DNA of 64,000 bases from Anaerolineae bacterium. Its GTDB lineage: Bacteria > Chloroflexota > Anaerolineae > Epilineales > JAHCIE01. Below are positions 59,249 through 64,000 of this stretch, one piece after another. Each line of letters starts with the position of its first letter. The stretch's first letter is position 1. A model generated the notes under the pieces. The model was not told the origin of the DNA and ran no database searches. It was given only the letters and a program-made list of their open reading frames with translations. The translations under genes were made by a program, and so were the position numbers. Where the stretch lies: contig JAXLWK010000005.1 of the NCBI GenBank assembly GCA_046328525.1, positions 138,947 to 202,946 on the forward strand, given 5' to 3'.

Positions 59249-62200
59249 CTACCCTTTCGGCCGGCCCTTTGTGTCTACCCGCGTCAGGTAGCTGCCTAGC
59301 AGCCGCTTCGCCCCGCCCTTGAAGATGACCTCCACCTCCTCGTCGCCGCGGCTCGGCTTGCTGTTCAACACCGTCCCCTCGCCGAACATCGGATGCGTCA
59401 CCTTGTCGCCAGGGCGGAACAGGACCGGTGGCGACTCGCTCTCGCCGCCCTCGCCGAGCTTGTAGGCGTTGCGGCCGCCGCCCGACGCCGACCCACTCTC
59501 GCCGCCCCGGCCCGGCCGCGCATCCCGCGTTGAAGGGAACGGGATGGGCTGGCGGCCTGTGCGCGAAGGGGTAGTCGGGCGCGACGCGCTGCCGACCGAG
59601 CGGCTCACGTGGGCCTGGACGAGCTGCGACGGAATGTCCTTCAGGAAGCGCGACGGATTGGTGAGGTTGCTCGCGCCGAAGATGGTGCGGCGGAAGGCGT
59701 TCACCAGGTACAGCCGCGCCCGCGCCCGCGTCATGCCGACGTAGAGCAGCCGGCGTTCCTCTTCCAGCGCGTCCGCCTGGCCCTCATCCATGCTGCGCTT
59801 GTGCGGCAGAATCTCCTCTTCCAGCCCAATCAGGAACACGACGCTGAACTCCAGCCCCTTCGCCGCGTGGAGCGTCATCAGCGTCACGCTGTCGCGCGAC
59901 GAATCGATCTCGTCCACGTCGGCCACCAGCGCCACCTCTTCCAGGAACGTCGGCAGGCTCTCCTCCGGCGGCAGCCCGGCGTACACGCCGGTCACGGTGC
60001 GCAGCTCCAGGACGTTCTCCCAGCGGCTGTCCCCCTCCTCCGTCCCATCACGGATCGTCGCCTCGTACTCCGTGCGTTCGAGGATGAGGTTGAGCAGGGC
60101 CTGGGCATCCAGGGCGTGCTTCGCCGCCACCAGCTCGCTGACCAGGCCCTCGAACGACAGCAGCGCCGACTCGGCGCGCCGGTCAAACGGCGGCGGGATG
60201 GTCAGGGGCGGCGGAGCGGCGGAGCGGGCCGCGCGGAGCAGCGTCAGCGCGCCATACGGCGTCATCCCCAGGCGCTCGGCCCAGGCCAGGAGTGCGGCGA
60301 CGGTCTTGTCACCGATGCCCCGCGTCGGGACGTTGATGACGCGGCGCAGGCTAATGGTATCGTTGGGGTTGTGGGCCAGGCGTAGGTAGGCCAGCGCGTC
60401 TTTGACTTCGCGGCGCTCGTAGAAGCGCGTCGCCCCGACGAGCTTGTACGGCACGCTGCGGCGCACGAAGGCGTCTTCCAGAACGCGGGACTGGGCGTTG
60501 GTGCGGTACATCACGGCGATCTCGCCCAGGCGCGCTTGCTTGCGGGCGACCAGGCGCTGGATCTCGCCGACCACGTAGTCCGCCTCCTCGCCCTCGTTGT
60601 AGGCCTCGTAGCGAACGATCTGCGCCCCCCGGTCGTTCTCCGTCCACAGCGCCTTGGGGTGACGCTGGATGTTGGCCTGGATGACGCCGTGGGCCGCGTC
60701 CAGGATGGCGCCGGTCGAGCGGTAGTTCTGCTCCAACACGACCAGCTGCGCCTCCGGGTAATCCTCGCGGAAGCGCATGACGTTGCGGAAATCCGCGCCG
60801 CGCCACGAATAGATCGAGTTGTGGACAACGATCCCCTCGGCCACGTAGTTATGCACGCCGGCCACGTCCAGGTCGAAGATCATTCCCTCGTAATTCACCC
60901 AGTCCACCGTCACAACCTCATCGTCCACAATCCGTCCATCTTCCATCACCGGCAGGGTCATCGTCGGGTGGATGTGGCTCGCGGGCTGAAAGTTGAACTT
61001 GAGAGTTGTTCCGCCAGCGCTCGTCGTCTGCGTGAGGAACGCCAATCGCGCAATCTCCAGTTGGCCGCCAGCCTCGGCGACCTGCACCGCCAGAGCCTCG
61101 GCTTCCTTGAATGCCACACGCTGGCCGTCCCACCGCCAGGTGTCGCGTCGCCCCGGACGCGTCGCGTAGCCTTGCGCTTCCAGGTGTGCCTGCAAGCGCC
61201 GATCTGTCGTATTGAGGGTAACGCGATGGGCGTTCCACCGGCTCGGCCCATACCGACGTGTATCGCTGAACATGATTAGGTTGAGCGCAATCCGGTCGGG
61301 CAGCCGCTCACCCGCAACTCCCTTGGGCCGATGATGCGGATAGTCGAAGTAGATATAGCGGTCGGCCATGAGGGCCAGTGCCCGCGCCTCGGTATCCAAC
61401 TCGCTGTAGAGTCGGTCAATCCATGCCTGGCCCAACGCCATCTTTCGCCCCTCAGTATGGAACACCGTCATCGGGAGTCCATACCTGGCCGCGTAGTAAG
61501 ACTCATAATACTGGGCTTCAGCGCGGTCCTGGCAGACCTTGAGCAGCCAGAGCTTGTCGGCGTGTTCCTGGTTCCCGCGCTGTTGTAAGCCTGAGACAGG
61601 CTCCGAATGTATTCCATCGCTTCGCGCGCTTTGCACAAGACCGATGCGATAGCCCTTGTCGCGGCGATACATGAGGTAGACATAGTGTCGGTCGGTCGGC
61701 GATCCCATCCGCGCGAAGAGCATGTGGTTGGGCGTCGCCCGAAGGTGATGGCCGCGCTGCGTGACGATTTCGACAAGTGGCCCGTGGTACGGCTTGCAGC
61801 GGACAAGCTCGACGGACGCGCCACGACACGCGCCACGGCCATGCGCCGCTATCACTTGTGCGCCTGCCTCTAGCGTCTCGATGGGCTGCGGCCCGCTCGG
61901 CGTCATCACGGTTGTCCCGGCCGGCAGACACTGATCCTCATCCCCGACAACAAACAGATTGCCATCTGGACCAGCAAGGAGCTTGACCAGGAGATACTGG
62001 GCGCTGTTGGTGTCCTGGAACTCGTCCACCAGGATGTGGGCGTACCGCTGGCGGTAGCGCGCCAGCACCGCCGGGTTTTTCTGCAAGAGCAGCGCCGTCT
62101 TCATCAGCAGGTCGTCGAAGTCCACCGCGTTGGCGCTGGTGAGGGCCGCCTGGTAGCGGGCATACACGCGGCGCACAACCTCTTCGCGGTGGCTGCGCGG

Positions 62201-62671
62201 TGTGAAGTCGTCCGGCTCAATCAGGTCGTTCTTGAGGGTCGAGATGGCGGCCAGCATCGCCCCCGGCCGGTAGAGCTTGTCGTTGAGGTTCAGGTCAATA
62301 ATGGCCTGCTTCACCAGCGCCGTCTGGTCATCACTGTCGTAGATGACAAATGCTCGCTCCAGCCCGACGTGCTGCCCGTCCACGCGCAGGATGCGCGCGC
62401 ACACGGCGTGGAACGTGCCGATGGTCAGCTCGCCGAGCGCCGGCGCGCCGATGAGCGTTTCCAGGCGCTCCTTCATCTCCCGCGCCGCCTTGTTCGTGAA
62501 CGTCACGGCCATGATGCGCCGGGGCGAGATCTGGCGCTCCGACACCAGGTACGCGACGCGATAGGTCAGCACGCGGGTCTTGCCGCTGCCAGGCCCGGCC
62601 AACACGAGGGTTGCGCCGTCGCCGGCTTCGACGGCCTCACGCTGACGCGGGTTCAGATGGGACAGGTGCAT
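59249..62671 (-). CDS. pcrA: PcrA/UvrD-type superfamily 1 DNA helicase precursor containing an intein
   Basis: Motif I AGPGSGKT, motif Ia AVTFTNKAA, motif II LVDEFQDT, motif III split as VVGDEDQ | intein | SIYSWRGA, then QNYRST, VMYRTN, LMTLHAAKGLEF and YVGMTRA. The C-terminal Tudor-like tail is GDKVTHPMFGEGTV. Confidence 0.92.
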   Translation of the reverse strand: MHLSHLNPRQREAVEAGDGATLVLAGPGSGKTRVLTYRVAYLVSERQISPRRIMAVTFTNKAAREMKERLETLIGAPALGELTIGTFHAVCARILRVDGQHVGLERAFVIYDSDDQTALVKQAIIDLNLNDKLYRPGAMLAAISTLKNDLIEPDDFTPRSHREEVVRRVYARYQAALTSANAVDFDDLLMKTALLLQKNPAVLARYRQRYAHILVDEFQDTNSAQYLLVKLLAGPDGNLFVVGDEDQCLPAGTTVMTPSGPQPIETLEAGAQVIAAHGRGACRGASVELVRCKPYHGPLVEIVTQRGHHLRATPNHMLFARMGSPTDRHYVYLMYRRDKGYRIGLVQSARSDGIHSEPVSGLQQRGNQEHADKLWLLKVCQDRAEAQYYESYYAARYGLPMTVFHTEGRKMALGQAWIDRLYSELDTEARALALMADRYIYFDYPHHRPKGVAGERLPDRIALNLIMFSDTRRYGPSRWNAHRVTLNTTDRRLQAHLEAQGYATRPGRRDTWRWDGQRVAFKEAEALAVQVAEAGGQLEIARLAFLTQTTSAGGTTLKFNFQPASHIHPTMTLPVMEDGRIVDDEVVTVDWVNYEGMIFDLDVAGVHNYVAEGIVVHNSIYSWRGADFRNVMRFREDYPEAQLVVLEQNYRSTGAILDAAHGVIQANIQRHPKALWTENDRGAQIVRYEAYNEGEEADYVVGEIQRLVARKQARLGEIAVMYRTNAQSRVLEDAFVRRSVPYKLVGATRFYERREVKDALAYLRLAHNPNDTISLRRVINVPTRGIGDKTVAALLAWAERLGMTPYGALTLLRAARSAAPPPLTIPPPFDRRAESALLSFEGLVSELVAAKHALDAQALLNLILERTEYEATIRDGTEEGDSRWENVLELRTVTGVYAGLPPEESLPTFLEEVALVADVDEIDSSRDSVTLMTLHAAKGLEFSVVFLIGLEEEILPHKRSMDEGQADALEEERRLLYVGMTRARARLYLVNAFRRTIFGASNLTNPSRFLKDIPSQLVQAHVSRSVGSASRPTTPSRTGRQPIPFPSTRDARPGRGGESGSASGGGRNAYKLGEGGESESPPVLFRPGDKVTHPMFGEGTVLNSKPSRGDEEVEVIFKGGAKRLLGSYLTRVDTKGRPKG
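60818..61930 (-). mobile_element. intein (371 aa) in helicase motif III
   Basis: Cys1 (CLPAGTTVMTPSG, TGT at 61930-61928), block B LRATPNHMLF, block F/G YEGMIFDLDVAGVHNYVAEGIVVHN, and Ser as the +1 residue (60817-60815). About 270 aa lie between blocks B and F. Confidence 0.88.
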
Positions 62672-62717
62672 GGGATACTCCGACAGGCAAAAGATCAGGG
62701 GGGCAGGCGGCGACGCG

Positions 62718-63800
62718 CTACTGACGGCTTATGCTCAACTCTGGGTTCTGGAAGTTGGTATCGAACGTCCACACCCAGCGCCAGCCCTGGGCGTCGAACT
62801 CGACCTGGTACACCCACTCGTCGGGGCCGAGGGTGACAGTGTACCAGGCCCACGTCACCTCCTGGCCCGGCTTGATCGCCGGCTGCTGCGACAGGTCCAC
62901 GCCGCCCCGGTCGGCGCTGTAGTAGTTCCCTTCCACCCAGCCCTTCCTGCGTTGGCCGGCGTAGATGAGAAAACTCGGACGCCAGGGCGGGTTGAGCGTC
63001 TGCTGCCCCTCGTTGGCGATGGTCAGCTTGAACTGGAAGCGCCGTCCGCCCGCCCGATTCTCCTGCTCATTGTACAGGTCGGACACGGCCAGCGCCAACG
63101 GCGGGCCGGAGGGACGCGGCAAAGCGGTGGCTGTCGGCGTCTCGGTGGGCGTGCCCGTCGGCTCCGGCGTGGCGGTCTCGGCCGTCGGCGTGGCGAGGGG
63201 AGCGGTCGGCGACGTGACGGGGGCGGTGGCAGCGGCGGCGGCGACACGACTCGGCGTGGGCGTCTCTCGCTGAGCCACGGTCGCCGCGGCCGCTGCCACA
63301 AGCCGCGTCACCGTGGCCGTCGGCGCATGCGGTGTCGGTGTCGCAATCGCCGCCGCCGCGGCGGCCGGCAGCCCCCGCGCAGCGCGCTCCTCGTTGACAC
63401 GCCGCGCCGAGGTCACAATCCAGGCAACGGTCAGCAGGAATATCAAGACGCCGGCCCCGATAATCGCGGCCAGCACCTTGGGCATCTCGTCCGGCGTTCC
63501 AGAGCGGCGCTCGACCGTGGCGCGCGGGCGGCGCGGGGGAGCATAGCCGCCGGCAGCCGCGGCTGTCAGCGGCGCGGCGACGCGCCCGGCCGGTAGACGG
63601 CTGCGGTCGTATTGGGCACGCCGCTCAGGGTCGCGCAGCGTAGCGTAGGCGTTGTTGATCGCCTGCATGCGCGCGACCGCCTCCGGCGCGGGATTGACAT
63701 CGGGGTGATACTGCCGGGCCAGGCGGCGGTACGCCGCGTCAATCTGCTCCTGGGTCGCCGTCGGCGCCACGCCCATGACGGCATAAAGGTCTTCGGTCAT
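62718..63800 (-). CDS. membrane-anchored J-domain protein, paralog 2, with a Pro/Thr/Ala linker and a C-terminal extracytoplasmic beta domain
   Basis: [34 protein letters not shown]...[18 protein letters not shown], then the TM helix [21 protein letters not shown]. The start is ATG 63800 or 63809. The track extension to 63992 is unsupported. Confidence 0.75.
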   Translation of the reverse strand: MTEDLYAVMGVAPTATQEQIDAAYRRLARQYHPDVNPAPEAVARMQAINNAYATLRDPERRAQYDRSRLPAGRVAAPLTAAAAGGYAPPRRPRATVERRSGTPDEMPKVLAAIIGAGVLIFLLTVAWIVTSARRVNEERAARGLPAAAAAAIATPTPHAPTATVTRLVAAAAATVAQRETPTPSRVAAAAATAPVTSPTAPLATPTAETATPEPTGTPTETPTATALPRPSGPPLALAVSDLYNEQENRAGGRRFQFKLTIANEGQQTLNPPWRPSFLIYAGQRRKGWVEGNYYSADRGGVDLSQQPAIKPGQEVTWAWYTVTLGPDEWVYQVEFDAQGWRWVWTFDTNFQNPELSISRQ

Positions 63801-64000
63801 GCCCCTCATTCGCTCGTACAAAGCATCGCTACAATTATAGGCCGCCTGGACAGCGCGCGCGAATTGCGCCGCTGCCGCCGACGTTGCCCACGCTCGCCGG
63901 TCCGGGCTATAATACCTGGAATAGCTTGCGGCAGCCGGGTATTCTGCCGTCGGCAAGCCCCCCCCAATCATCCAACCCGACGAGGTAGCCATGACCCTGG

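Overview
This is a high-GC bacterial chromosomal segment. Hand-counted 60-nt lines give about 75% G+C in backbone genes. The mix of signals fits a Chloroflexota-like monoderm best: a T-box leader, a Cheo-type LexA box, coenzyme F420 genes, Ala/Pro-rich linkers on solute-binding proteins, dockerin and cohesin modules, an amicyanin-like cupredoxin, and very dense small palindromic repeats. That taxonomic call is inference only. Most content is housekeeping or metabolic: T-box-controlled aspS, a phnDCE phosphonate transporter, a peptide-type ABC importer with tandem binding-protein paralogs, rplU-rpmA, rpmE, tdk, cofD-cofC, several DinB/AlkD/AlkZ-type DNA-damage genes and several glycosyltransferases. 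The parts worth a second look are listed here.
1. A 1.4-kaa in-frame fusion of a YfhO-type GT-C glycosyltransferase with a Wzx/MOP-type flippase lies directly downstream of a 923-aa secreted protein built from four copies of an unassigned repeat module. The fusion gene also carries two in-frame insertions of an intergenic-type repeat.
2. cofD, cofC and a fumarate-reductase/L-aspartate-oxidase-family flavoprotein are translationally coupled.
3. A PcrA/UvrD helicase is interrupted in motif III by a 371-aa intein whose central domain I could not classify.
4. A low-GC island (42-53% in sampled lines) sits next to a decayed IS256 element. It carries an aspartate-less LuxR-type response regulator and a five-domain M23 peptidase.
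5. A perfect Cheo/LexA box sits on a consensus promoter in front of an uncharacterised 123-aa gene.
6. At least six families of MITE/REP-like palindromic repeats are present. One 100-bp family is flanked by direct repeats, and one locus shows nested insertion of three families.
No rRNA, tRNA or CRISPR array was found. Many long ORFs in the supplied track are antisense high-GC artefacts and were not called.
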